Of a stretch of 64,000 bases of DNA, positions 24,378 to 37,425 are shown piece after piece. Numbering within the stretch: the stretch's first letter is position 1; each line of letters starts with the position of its first letter. Below the pieces are notes generated by a model that was given only the letters and a program-made list of their open reading frames with translations, had not been told where the DNA came from and did not search any database. Made by a program: the position numbers and the translations under genes. This stretch comes from Balanoglossus misakiensis (Eukaryota; Animalia; Hemichordata). Where the stretch lies: contig CM082584.2 in the NCBI GenBank assembly GCA_040954595.2, positions 916,281 through 980,280 of the forward strand, given 5' to 3'.

Positions 24378-26723
24378 CCAGATATTAACTGAATATGCTC
24401 ACGTGCAGTACTGTGATTGGTTGACAGAATAACAAGATTAGAAAAACCAGTGTTAAACCAATTTGGTTTATAGTGTTTATGGTGTAAGGGTTGTGTGTTG
24501 CACCATTGTGAAATGTAAACATGTTTGTGGAATTGTTGCCTTGTCAATTTTTGTAAGGGGTTATGAGTCATGTACCCCATCCTGAACTGCATAAAAAGAT
24601 AAGTCTATGGAATTCTAAAACTCGTTGATCAAAAATGGCAAGAAATATACCAAAAAGTATGAATATTTCACCAGATTTCAACAAATCTGATTTCTGTTCA
24701 TGCCTAAGAACCTCTTTAACAAGTTTCAATAGGAAGACATTTTGGCAAACAACAGGTAATTCAGACAAATCTGACTGATATCACATATATGATTTCCCAT
24801 TCAAAGTTTCCAATCAATTGGACTTGTGGTTTTACTGAAGACTATTTGGCCAAACCCTGCAGAATTCCCAAAAAATACAATTATGCAAATTTCTTTACAA
24901 TTTGATCATATTTGACTGAGATCACCCCTAGAAACCCAAATACAAAGTATCAAAACAATTGCACTTACAGTTTCACGGGATTTGATTTTTTGACAAAAAC
25001 AGGAAATATTGCCCAAAAATGCATTTTTGCAAATTTCACCACCGTTTGCACAAATGTGATTCAGGTAAGCCCTATGAACCTCCATACCAAGTTTCCAATC
25101 AATTGGACATGTAATTTCAGAGAAGAATTTTTTTTAACAAAACTGCAGAAAATTCCCCCAAAAATTCATAAAAAATAGCAAACGCCAGATACTGACTCCA
25201 CCTGAACAAAATCATACGAGGTCTTCCCATAGTACTTGCACACCAATGCACGCCAATTTTTAACTGAATCTGATCCGCTGTTATTAAGTTTTTCAATTTT
25301 GACTACTTGAACATTTTTCCAGTTAATACCAGTATGCATTTTTTCGCAATAACAATTTCTATGTACACACTAAATATCAGTAGTTTCAAGTTTTTGATGT
25401 TGATGGACATACACATACATACATCAATACATTTAGACGAAACTGATCCATTCGCAAAATACATAATTCTGTATGAGGCACACATACAGACATACATAGA
25501 CGACGGACACCAACTTATGCTATAAGCTGACATTGATATACATGTTAGCCAAAAACCAAAATCAACCTCAAAATAGACATTAAAATATATTGCACCACCA
25601 TGAGAAGACAAATTCATTTTTCGACAAATTTTCTGGGGCGTCATTGATATACCAAGCATATTGTCAAAGTACGTAGTCTCTGTGATAAGATTCCATACAC
25701 ACAAAATGGTAACCTTGGAAGTCCAGCTGACGTAGTTATGCAATGGCGTCTCGTGTATTCCGTCGCCAAAAAATCATCGTAAAATTGATAGTCGGGGTCA
25801 CAATTCAAGACGACTTTCTCTAAATTCTTTATGAATGGATTAAATCGAAATCGAAATGTTGACGTATGACGTACGGAATGAGATCTGAACAGACATTCAA
25901 TGTTATCATTCTCGCTCGATCACATATTGGGTAAGCCATCTAGCAATCGCTATATAGTATTGGCGATAACAGACTGTCTATAAACTCACAAAACGGATTT
26001 TACTGTTGAGTGTGATCAACCGCCACGTTATTTTTCTCTGAACAATAGACAAATAGAAAGCCTGGTGACATTTTGAGATTGACTGCGTGAGGACCACAAT
26101 ATGCGTGAATCATTTACGGTTTGTCTTGATGAATGGGTCACGTCATAGTCATAACGCGGATTCGGCTGCACGCCAACTATCCGCCATATTGTCTCCACTA
26201 ACTTACTCGTAAGTAGTTTCAAACTTCATTTGAAAAGAGTATTCGTCTGACGGTCCTGTAGATTAACAATTTACGCTCTATGAAGCAACTAAACAACGTT
26301 AGCTTCCTTGTGGATTCACGTAGGGAAGTTATTCGTAACGACGGGTACAGCGTCTCAGCATGGACAGAACCACGGCAATATCGCCAGGAATGTCTAATTT
26401 CACAGCGCCCTCAAACTGTCGATCTCCTCAAACTATCGTTTCCACTGGTCATATATGCGGCATTAACGAAAGCTCACATAGACAATCATGTAATAGAAAA
26501 ATTAAAACTTAAATAACTTCATTAATATCAAAGCCACACGCACCAAAACCTTTTCAGTTCTTGCCATATGATATCTGAACCTGTGTACTAAATTTGGTTG
26601 AAATCGGTTCAGCGGTTCTTTAGATATCGGGTATACAGACAGACACACACACACATACATACATACACACACACACACACAGACATCGCTAAACCATAAG
26701 CTCACGTGATTTTCACGTGAGCT
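24378..26723 (-). mobile_element. Composite non-autonomous Helentron (HINE/DINE-1-like), left arm only
   Basis: Hairpin AGCTCACGTGA-TTT-TCACGTGAGCT at 26699-26723 beside a CAGA/CACA microsatellite; matching subterminal GCTCACGTG at ~24396; inserted in an A-run without TSD (empty site ~47040-47050); a second older hairpin end at ~25525-25555. Confidence 0.75.
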
Positions 26724-27481
26724 AAAAATGAAAAAAAATCCATGAGGTCTCAAAATGAATACACACCAATTTCTAAAGCAATTTGACCAATTTCCACCAA
26801 TTTCACATTGGTCCCAGTGGTAGATAGACATATACGAAATGGGAACCAAAGAATAAAACACATTTCAAAGATTTAACACATCTTTTTCCTCAAGAGTGTT
26901 TTTCAAATCTTCTCCACATCCTTCAAAATCGCCACCATAAAGCCATATTACTTGTAGTGCTTATGTTTGTCATATCTAGGTGATGCATACCACTATAGAT
27001 GTGTACCCTTTGTATAGAGGCAGATTAAACAGGTGTGGTACCTGTTAAATATCTGACTTCTTTAAATTACAGCCACAATCGTCAGTCAACAAGATGTTCA
27101 TGTAGATGTATACCTAGCAGTAAGCTTATTTAGATTGACAAATCTTAGATGAAAATAATGAAAAAGTGGCACAACCCTTAGGGCTTTAACTAGCAGCTTT
27201 ATGCCAGATGAGTTCGAGTCTAACGATGTAATGTTGACATTAAGGTTTCATTGAAATAACTTGGGAACCTCTCTACTATTTGAAGCACCAAAGCTGTGAA
27301 AAACTTCCTTCTTTCCCTGAGTTTTTTATGAATATGTTCTAATCTGGGACAACAATTTGTTGCCAAGTGTCTTGACCCCTTTACCAAATGTCAGGGACCG
27401 GATTTTTTTCAGCAAAATTTCAAATAACCTTGGCTGATTTTTTACCTACTTTCACATATTGGGTAGCATGAAACAAAGTAT

Positions 27482-28679
27482 GGCTTCCAGAAGGGTTATA
27501 GATACAGTGTTTTGTAATAACAAGAATTAACATGAAACTATAATTTCATGGTTAATTTAGGACCGCCTTAATCTATGGTAATGTCATTAAATATTTGCAT
27601 ATCTAATTGTAGGCTATCCAGTGGAGGGAGAAACCTAAACATGGACAACATTGGGGTCAAAATTGTTTGACAGAACTTTGGGTGACTTTGGGTAAACCTT
27701 GACCAACATTACTATATCTTGGCATCCAGAGCAGATGCAACCTTGACACTTGGAGTGATGGAAATGCATAATGGAGTATTATGTCTCAGCTAGTCACAGT
27801 GCTTTTGCTGTGTTTTATGTCTTTTATTCAGCCAAATTAGATGTTTTTTATTACACATTGGCTGTGTTTGCCAGTACTTTTTAGCTGGTCACACTGCCTT
27901 AAGACAATGTATTCTCAAAATACCATGCAATCATTATGAAGCATATACAGCAGACAAAGTTATGGTATGACTGAACTTGCCCTTCTTTGTGACTAAAGCA
28001 TGACCGGCCTGTCTTAGGTGGCCCCTACCTAGGGGCTTTACCCGTCATTGGCTCACAGTCTGAGAAATCAGCTCTGCAGGGAAGTTAACGATGTAACCCA
28101 CCATTAAAGCTTGGATTTCCGCTTTTTGTATCTGATGCCTGGCTGAGGCCTTCTTAGGATCTACCCAACGCTGAGTAGGCTATCCCGTCATTGGCACACA
28201 GTCTCAGGGAGGGAGTCCAAAGTTCAGTATACCAGCAAAGCCTTTATATTGTCCATTCTTTTTAAGAGAAGGCTGGCTGCTGTAGAAAAATGTTGATCTC
28301 AAATGTATCATGTCCAAAAAAAGGCAGACTTCCAGCCCTATTGGTTAGGCTGGCATTAGGTATGTACATAATTAATGAGGCAAGACATAATATTCCATTA
28401 CATAGTTCCATAACTCCAAGTGTCAAGGATGTATCTGTGCCGGATGCCAAGATATAGGAATGTAGGTCAAAGTTTACCCAAGATCACCCAAAAGTTTGTC
28501 AAAAGATTTTGACCCCAGAGTTGTCCATGTCCAGGTTACCACATCCACTAGAATAAGATATGCACATATTTAATGAGGTTACCATAGCTCAAGGGGGTCT
28601 TTAATTAACCATCAACATTTAGTTTCATATTAATGCATGTTAATATAATACACTGTATCTATAACCCTACTGGTAAGCC
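27482..28679. repeat. ~300-bp inverted repeats (27482-27790 and 28378-28679) flanking a unique ~0.55-kb core
   Basis: AGGGTTATAGATACAGTGT (27492) versus ACACTGTATCTATAACCCT (28650); the match runs inward to ~27790/28378. Confidence 0.85.
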
Positions 28680-31600
28680 TAGAATTAGGTACATGCGAAA
28701 GTTTTTGACAAGATAGATAAGTTGTAAAATATGTACATGAACCTGACAATTGACTTAAAATAACATAAGGCAGACTTGATACTTATCGGAGATAGATACT
28801 AATAACAACAGTGATGTTAATTACACCGGGAATGTTTGTCTTATTATAGCTACATGTAAAAGACTGCTTGAGGTAATGTAATTAAAGTGACCACTTGCGA
28901 TTCACCTTCAAAGTGCTATGCAAGTCTACGGTACATTGTTTTTCCAATGATTGGACAAAGGATATTCATAATGTGTAATTAAGGCTGGATAGCATTTTCA
29001 ATGTAATAAGCCCTGCCTTCACTATAATCTTACGCCAAATCAACATTGTTCAATTTATGTTAATAATTTCACTAAGGGATACTTGTTACATCAAATTTCC
29101 CAGCAAGGGGTGTCAGATTATTGGGCAAGTGGCATGCATGACACTAGACGATACTTTTGGAAGCAAAGCGGACAGAACACGGCTGGATATAGACTAGGTA
29201 ATTCTGAATGTGACCATGAACTGTACCACAGACTCTGTATTGTATGTTTCTGAAGAATCCCATTTAACCCAGACATCAACATACTTCAACCTTGTAAGAA
29301 GTAGAACATACATGATTTACTAGTAAATATTTGCTAGCTTATTACACACTTTGGATTACACAAAAATAGGTGTGTACACCGCTGTGACATTGCCAAGCAG
29401 ATATGACCTACCAGGTAACCTAATACAATTTCACAGGAATCGGAGTATTTTCAGTGAAAACAACATTTCTTCAACAATGACAAAAACTGCCTCAACCACA
29501 AAAATTCAGATATCAACAAATCCAACAATATCTCACTTCAATCACCACAAGGAACATGCCTACCAAAATTGAAAGCAATTTGACATGCGGTTTCAAAGAA
29601 TACAAATTGCAAAAATTGCCTCAAGACCACAAATATGCAAATTTCACCAAAATGATATACAACATTACTTGGGTTACCTCATGGAACAAGCAAACCAAAA
29701 TTTAAATGCAACCTGACCTGACATGGAGTTTCAGAGAAAATGATTTTTGACCAAAAATGACAAAATTATATTTCCCAAAAATTACAAATTTTGCCACAAT
29801 TTAAACAATACTAACAAAGATTACCTATAGGAAATAGCATACTAAATTCTAGATACAATTCACGATATTAGCTGAAAGTATATCAGGCGTGACATAAGCT
29901 ACATGCATACAAATGTTCAAAGCAATCTGACCAGTTGTTGAGTTTCTGAGTTTTGATCAATTTCACATTGCTCCAGGTAATTAGCATATTTCATTTGAAC
30001 AGGCGTGCCTGCATCTAAAAACCCAATATCAAGACTTACCACACAGACTCTGTATTGTATGTTTCTGGAGTAATCAAATAAAACCAATCATGAAAATACT
30101 TCAACCTTCTTAATATGAACAAAATCCTATTTACAGGCTGGCCTACATCTACACACCAAATATCAAGGGGATACGCGAAGGGGTTTTCAAGTTTTTGATG
30201 TGGACAGACATACATACATCCATACATACTACATACACACATACAGAGGCAACTGACTGGTCAGAAGGCATGAGCAAAAATGCAGGAAATCAATGTTGTG
30301 ACACTGGTAGTAGGCCTTAATGTATACAATATCAAGACAGTTTATTTAACATGAAGTTTGATATGTTCATAATCATTCAGAGCTAAGCATATTTTGAAAT
30401 TGTAAAATTAATATCAATCACATGAAAACTGACAGCATGCTTTCATTTGGGAATTTAGGTATTGTAATTAACACTAACAGTCATGAAACTATTGAATCGT
30501 CAATAAAATCATACAGTAGAAATTAATGGGTTTTCTATTTATATGCGATGTGAAAATGCAACTTGTGGTCCTTCGGCCAGTAAGAGGCATCAGATAATAT
30601 TGTAAGACCCAGTTGCCCAATTGATTAGACCTACATGTATGCGCTGTGTGAAGCGCAAGTTATGGCAACTGAATTCACAGGACACTGAAGAAAGTGGAAT
30701 CACTCAAGGTACATATGTATACATGTAGGCTAACAATCACAACACAGAGAATAGTTCTCCATATTCATTTTTAATACGATAAGATTCACTGAATTGGCGC
30801 ATCCATGGGCAGGCAAGGTTAGTTCCAACTCAGTTTGCAAATCAGGCCCATGTATCTTGTTCCCTGAGACTGTCTGCTTCTAATAATAGCTGTAAGAACA
30901 TAATCGTTGACCGAATGGTTGGTTCAATTTTGCGACATTTTATGATTTCAAGCTGTGCAATATTTGCAACACAGTTTCAACTTTGGTTGGAGGGATGATG
31001 ATGAAGCAATTTCACTGACAAAATAGCACTACTAACTGACGTCAATATTTGTTCAAAGTTAAATGCATTGCCATCAGAAAAATGTATACGAAAAGTTTCG
31101 TATGTGAATAATAACACTTTTTTCGCATAACTGCAAACCCTGTCACAGTTGTGAAATTCTAAGAAAATTCATTCATTAGGTAGAATTCGTGCTTTATGAA
31201 TTCTTAAACAAACTTAGTCATGAAACCTAAATGGTTACCTTACACATGTGGAGGCTCGACTTCTGTGATATGATAGTCTTTAATTAATGTGTATGTGATT
31301 CCATACAAATCCATATGATTACCTGAACATACAAAATAAATTAAAAATAAATACATAAATTAAAAATAAATAAGTATCTCATACATATGCATACGTGCTT
31401 GTGAGAAATATATCATATATCTAAATAAACCTGTCATTTATTGACCTCATTTTCCCAGTAAACCAAAGGACTAAATTGCACTTTAATATTACAGCTTCAT
31501 TTCAATGCAACAGGTACACTACATCATAAGGGAACAAATATGCCAGCTCAACATTTATATAAACAGTGTCAAAATATAAGTGGCTACAAAAGCTTGTGTC

Positions 31601-32693
31601 CCTTCAATCCATTCTCCAACTCAGGTCAAACGTGTTACATATTAAAATTGCAATGTGCATAATATACAATTAGTCTTTTGTAAATTCAGACTGAGAAAAT
31701 ATGACTGATAAACATTATCTGGCACATGTTGGTGAATGGCTGGCGTTGATGTTGTGGGTTGAAATCCGAACTATGATTATCGCGGGTACAAATCACATTT
31801 ATTTTCTCAGAGACAACACGTTTGCAACTTCGGGACAGAAAGGTGAAAACGAACGTCATTAGTTCTTGGGAAAAAACTCTGAAATCAATTTCGGTGAGGT
31901 CAAATGTGTTCCAAAGGCAAACCGTTTCTGGTAAACAAATCAATGGCAAATAGTTACTTCGGCGACTTACCAATCAATCAACATGGCTGCCAAATCGTTG
32001 GATATCCCGGTTTCATCTCGCGATCATTCTATCTTCCGATATGGCGTTGCTTGGTTAAATTCGTCTCTTCTTTGCCGACATAGTCGGGCGACAGCGGTCC
32101 AGAAGCATATACAGCGACGCCATCTTGTTTACAATGTGAAGTATCAACTGCGCATGCTCAATGGTTGTTGATTGGAAAGTGGGCAGAGCCTGCAAGATCC
32201 AGGGTTCGCTTGACCGGCCAAACGCGGTTATTCTCCCTGGACCAAATCATTTAAGCGTCAGGCGTAATACATCACATAATTGACTGGAAAACTAAACAGT
32301 CTTCCACCTATATATCAACACAGTTTATTAAACCAGCACCCGCGCAAATATTTACAAGTATATGATTAAAATTGATCAAATCATTAATCGCACGGTTACA
32401 GCTGTCATAGTTTCTAATAATATTATTCACTGGTAGCGCTGACATACCATGTTGAAACTTGTCGCGGAAAACAAGATAATTGATCTTACGGTGTCATTTG
32501 TTTTTAAAAAGTGCTTAATAACTATTGATCCCATTGATATATTTTTCCATATTTATATATTTTTCGCAAAGTTTGACTGCTTGGGCTACTAATAGCATGG
32601 TGATCACAATGGATTTACCACCTCCCAGCTGCGTTATAAAAGAATGCCTATTCTGTGGACACTAGCCTCATCGAAGACCGAACGTGTTCATCG

Positions 32694-34861
32694 ATGTTTC
32701 CATTCATGACGAACTCCAATGCAGGCGTCGCAGTCATTCTGGCTTTCACGCTGTGGGCACCTCTGGTGACAGCAATTCCCAACAAGTTGCGGGTAAGTAA
32801 TCACACAACCTATATGAGTGAAAGTTTCTTGTCATTTTCGCAACGTCAAGGTTGATATTCTCTTCTTGGATCCAAAATGTGTGACACAACAATGAATCTG
32901 CGTGGCAGGGTCGGCTGTGTCTTTTGCTTCGAGGCATAGTCGTCAGACACACATCCCTAACACGCGAAGCCAGCTTATCCTTTGATCAAATGGCAGCGCT
33001 ATTCTAAATATTTTACAGCATGCCCTAAAGGACAAACACGTGCTGCTGGAAGAGGCCAAAACTCAGCAGAGACGGCAAGATGTTAACGGAGGTGAGCCCC
33101 AACAATAAATTAATATTGTTCCTTTTATTTAGAAAACGCCGCATAATTAGCCAACCAATCATGGTTATGAGAAACCTCCAAAATACAATGTATCGATATT
33201 TACTGCATCTGTTCATACTTCGCCCGCGCTTTAAAAACCCTATAGCTGCTAAAATTGGCATATTTTTTTCCAGAGTAAAATACTTCATATGTATATTCCC
33301 TATTCCCTAAAATCTTCACCCGTGACCATTAAGCCATATTACTTGCATTTGCATTGGTTTGTCATCACTTGGCGTCGCATTTCACGATAGCTGCTTAGCT
33401 GCTATTGTTTGTATGAAGGCTGATTAAATCGGTGAGGCACCGTTTTAATACATAGCATGTTCCAATTGCAACATGCAGTCACAATCGGGCATCGATAAGA
33501 TGTTTATGTATACCTATCAGTAAGCTTATTTTGATGAACCAATTTAAGTTGGAAAATAAAATCATGAAAATAATGCAAAAAGTGGCAGCTTTGGAGGCTT
33601 TAAACTACAGTTCTCCCAAATTGTCTTGACTAAATGACATACATGTGGTCAAAAGTTCTGACTGCAGAAGAGGTTGCAGCTCTGGCGGGGGACTGTTCAA
33701 TTGGAGGAAATATATTTACATGGAATACAGACAATATTGAAATGGCAGCAGAAATAGTTCCTACTGAAAAGAATGCTATCTGCAGTGAGTATCACAACTT
33801 TAAAATGAAAGATTTTGCAAATTTAAAAAAAATATTGAGTGTTTTGACATGCGTCAGTGGTCAGTAACACACAAGCTGCATGATAAGAGGGTCACGAGAA
33901 ATTGTAAGCCGCAATGTATAATGGATTAACTCCATGACCTATGCGACCTACGAACTGTGACGTACAGAATTTATTTCTACGTGTAATGCGGTCTGCGGCA
34001 GTGCGCCACAGACCGCATTGCGAGAGCAGTGAGAATTCACCACAATGCAAACTTTCTGAACGTAGGTTGATCTTCGAATGAAATATTACCTTGTCACCAG
34101 TTTTCCACATGGCTACACTGTAAAATTGGGTGACGTGTTCGTTCACAAGTGGAATAATTGTGAGTAGTAAAGCACGCGAAGTTAAGCAACGAGCACGTTT
34201 TGAAATGCGCGCAGATGATCCCAGTTTAGCAAATTCAGGCCATTGCGTGCATGCAAAAAAAATAATACTGTACCGGGGGTGAGCCTACTTTCTTTCCATA
34301 CAGATACACGTATATGTTGGTTAAGGTATGTGACAAACAGTTTTCATGTAACAGCCAGTGATGCTGACCATAAAACCAGCGCAGCTGATGCTTTCATCTA
34401 CAATTTGCAACATGGACGTTTGTGTCTCTGCATGTGTCGTGCATGTTACTGCTGAACAAAAAAGATATGCGGGCACCACAGGCTGGCGAAAGCGGTGCTC
34501 ACGTGCTCTGCAAGCTGATGTTGTCACTAAATTGGCAAAGTATTGTACACATGGAGGAGTTTCTTGAGCTGTCTGCTGTATAAATGTCGGTTGTGAGTAC
34601 ATTATTTTTTATTTTATTTTAATAATTTTCAAAGCCCCTATGATTGAAGCATATTATTACGACTCATCCGTTCATCATTCATTCATTCATTCATTCATTC
34701 ATTCATTCATTCATTCATTCATCCATTCAGTCAGTCACTGTACCAATTGAAGACGCCCTTGTATAGGAGAATTTAGCTATGTACTGACTGTCTTTTCATT
34801 TTTTCTTCATCCTATAGAATCTACCGACCTGGTCGCTGTCAATAACAATTCAACTCCTTAA
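32694..34861 (+). pseudogene. Secreted pentraxin-domain gene with internal deletion; exons 32694-32792, 33019-33091, ~33640-33784, 34818-34861
   Basis: Signal-peptide-like MFPFMTNSNAGVAVILAFTLWAPLVTA with GTAAGT donor; phase-compatible exon 2; pentraxin C-terminus YMWSKVLTAEEVAALAGDCSIGGNIFTW with GTGAGT donor; phase-1 last exon ending TAA. Most of the domain is absent. Confidence 0.72.
34672..34735. repeat. (CATT)n microsatellite
   Basis: Directly visible. Confidence 0.95.
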
Positions 34862-37224
34862 ACATCCTGTGTGTGTGAAGTCTATGAACACTGGCCATGC
34901 ATTTCAATTCAAGGACAAAATGAATGCGCAATATTTCGTTTTATCGAGAGTAATGTGCAGTGATTACATTTGCTAGGGCTCTCTTAGCAGATTTGGAGTT
35001 AGTCATTTTGGTAGAAACTTTTCGAGATGGGAAATCTTTGGTCATCTAACCAAGTTATTTGTATTTTTGTTATATAAGACAGAGTCATTTCTATATCATA
35101 GATGCAAGTTTAATTTATAACATGAATTTGAATAAAATATTTTTTTTTAAATATCACCACATGAATTTGAATAAAATATTTTTTTTAAATATCACCAGAT
35201 TGAAATCTTTGGAAGTTTGCACTTAGAGGGATGGCATGGCAGTTTTCCACTGTTCATATTACAAAGAATTTGGCGTCACGTGTAGATTTCATGAGTGTTC
35301 GAGTTTTGCTCTTCCCAGCCTCGTACCCACAATCCTCTGATACTTACACTTACGTCAGTTCTATAGCCGCTGACCCACTAGATTCTCCTTATGAATTGCC
35401 CAAATTATTTTTTGGTATAGTTTTGATAGTTAGTGCACGGAAACTTTTGATCGATTCACGAAATTCAAAATATGTTACATCACAAACCTCATAAAATGGA
35501 GGCTAGAGTAGCCTGTTTGTTTTCAGGTAATTTTACAATTACCTCAATTACCTTTTTTCGAGGGAGGGGGTTAAGAAAACATACAGATTGAAATAACAAG
35601 GAAGTGGTATATCAAACCGAAACCTTATCTCAATCGTGATTCTAGAGTGTTTCCATGTCATGTGACATCCACAAAAATGTGGTATTATCTTGAAAAGAGT
35701 CCCGATTTCCCAAACTGGTTTTGCGAATGTACTTCACTTTGGAGCAATGCATGAGTACATTCGTAGAAAGATATTGCTCCACTATTTACTGACACTCCTC
35801 TTGTACTGCAAATATTACTGCATTCTGTCAGGGCAAGACAAAAGACACAGCAGAACTGCCAGAATTAAAACAGACAACTGGCAATTTCAATAAACATGTA
35901 ATAACAAATATATGTAACATTGAATGAGGTGTCCATACAGCTTGGTCATTTAAAGACCTCCAGTCATTGTGACAATGCATAAATATTTATGTACACCATG
36001 TTAAAAATTAGTTCAGGCATACCTTATACATGTATGTTTTTGACTGACCATATCCTCAGCACGCCCTTTTTTTCAAAAAGACTATCATTATTCTCTGCCA
36101 GGCAGAGAGTTGCCGCTTTCTTGTTAACAATAATATACTATTATAACATTGCATAGATTCCTGTTTGTTTCTGTCCATATCTCACAAACTGTGGTGTGCA
36201 TACTGTTGAAATGACCTCAAGAAGAAAATGCCAAATGGAAAAATATTTGACATACTAACCTGTATGATAATGTTATACGGTACAATATATTTAACGGTTC
36301 CAATCCAATGTTGAGAACTAACAAAACAATTTGAGCAGAATTATTTAAAATTAATTGCAGTTCCGTTTCACCGCATTTCATAGGATGCTGGCTAAAATTC
36401 ATACTATGGTGGATTACCTGTTATGCATTTCTTTCCCTATTTCGTCTGGCAGATTTGAGCTTGACAAGCTGTCATTTTCCTTTCAGCTCCGCAAAATTGA
36501 TGGATTTACTTTGACAGCACACAGACTGTCCATTTGTCATCGGAGATACAAGCAGCATCAGGTGCTGAACAGCTTGCAGCAGTGTTGGAAAAGAGTACAC
36601 AACACTAACTTGCAAGAGTGCTTTGGCCCTTTCTTCACACTGTCCGAAACTTGTTGTGTTACATCATTGCTTAATGAATAAGAAATACACAGGTATTTAG
36701 CGTTCTATTCAATACCTACAATAGATAAAAGGGTGTCGGTCTGTATGCGACAATCTTCAATGTTCTTATGAGCACAAGGCTTTATTCAGGGAACGTTTTA
36801 CAGTAAGAATTATATGATATAAACTGAATAAGTTTGTTGTCTGTCAACTCTTCTGTCTTTGTCTTACCGATACGGTTCTAACCGCGAACACTGAGGCTTC
36901 TCTGCTCGTACACAGTATAAATCAATGGATGATAAAATGCGCCCTCTTTTGGTGAACTCTTCCTACCGCCCGACCTTCTACCTTACATTAAGGCATGTAG
37001 GGCGGTCAGGTAGATGGCAGTGTATTGCAAGCGTCTCTTGCATATTTTTTTCCGCCAGGAATGGCATACATTCGTTTTTGGCGACACCACAACTGCTGGA
37101 ACTTCTCGAAAAATTGAGAGCCGGATTTCATAAATGCTCATGTTTTCCGAAGGGCTGAAAGAAGATCCAGAGTGGAATATTTAAATTTGCCTGTGGCAGA
37201 CATCATAGTGGCTGCCAGTTATTC

Positions 37225-37425
37225 TATTTCTTGTGCAAGAGATAGTATCTTGTTCCAGCGAGATGTTTTCTCGTGTGCACGAGAAACATGCTATCTCGTG
37301 CATATCTCGTGCGCACGAGAAAATTGCGAGCGCACTCGTGTTCACGAGAAAATATCACATGCACACGTAAGTCGTGCGCACGAGATAAAAAAATGTGCCC
37401 TGTAGTCTTTCTTAGGACATGGTAG
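37225..37425. repeat. Cluster of palindromic CTCGTGCGCACGAG subrepeats, probable non-autonomous element remnant
   Basis: Variants at ~37270, ~37306, ~37335, ~37373. Confidence 0.6.

Larger units (their letters stand above)
22227..31240. repeat. Unit inside the left arm bounded by inverted copies of repeat A (22227-23595 and 30480-31240)
   Basis: AGGTAACCATTTAG.TTTCA.GACTAAGTTTGTTTAAGAAT starts at 22227 and its reverse complement ends at 31240; a partial copy lies at ~19880-20020. Confidence 0.88.
20994..32162 (+). repeat. Left arm (11.2 kb) of a giant inverted duplication
   Basis: Colinear reverse-complement matches: 20994-21330/49680-50020, 21545-22420/48110-49600, 24150-24377/47040-47270, 26724-29330/41540-47040, 29350-30250/40560-41480, 30480-31625/38780-39960, 31840-32162/38456-38780. 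Confidence 0.95.

Noticed and set aside
22227-31240. Repeat-A-bounded unit as an autonomous TIR transposon
   Set aside because: No TSD, no transposase, and arm homology extends beyond it on both sides.
31983-32171. Duplicated small ORF (also 38366-38620)
   Set aside because: Similarity follows from the inverted duplication; starts and stops differ.
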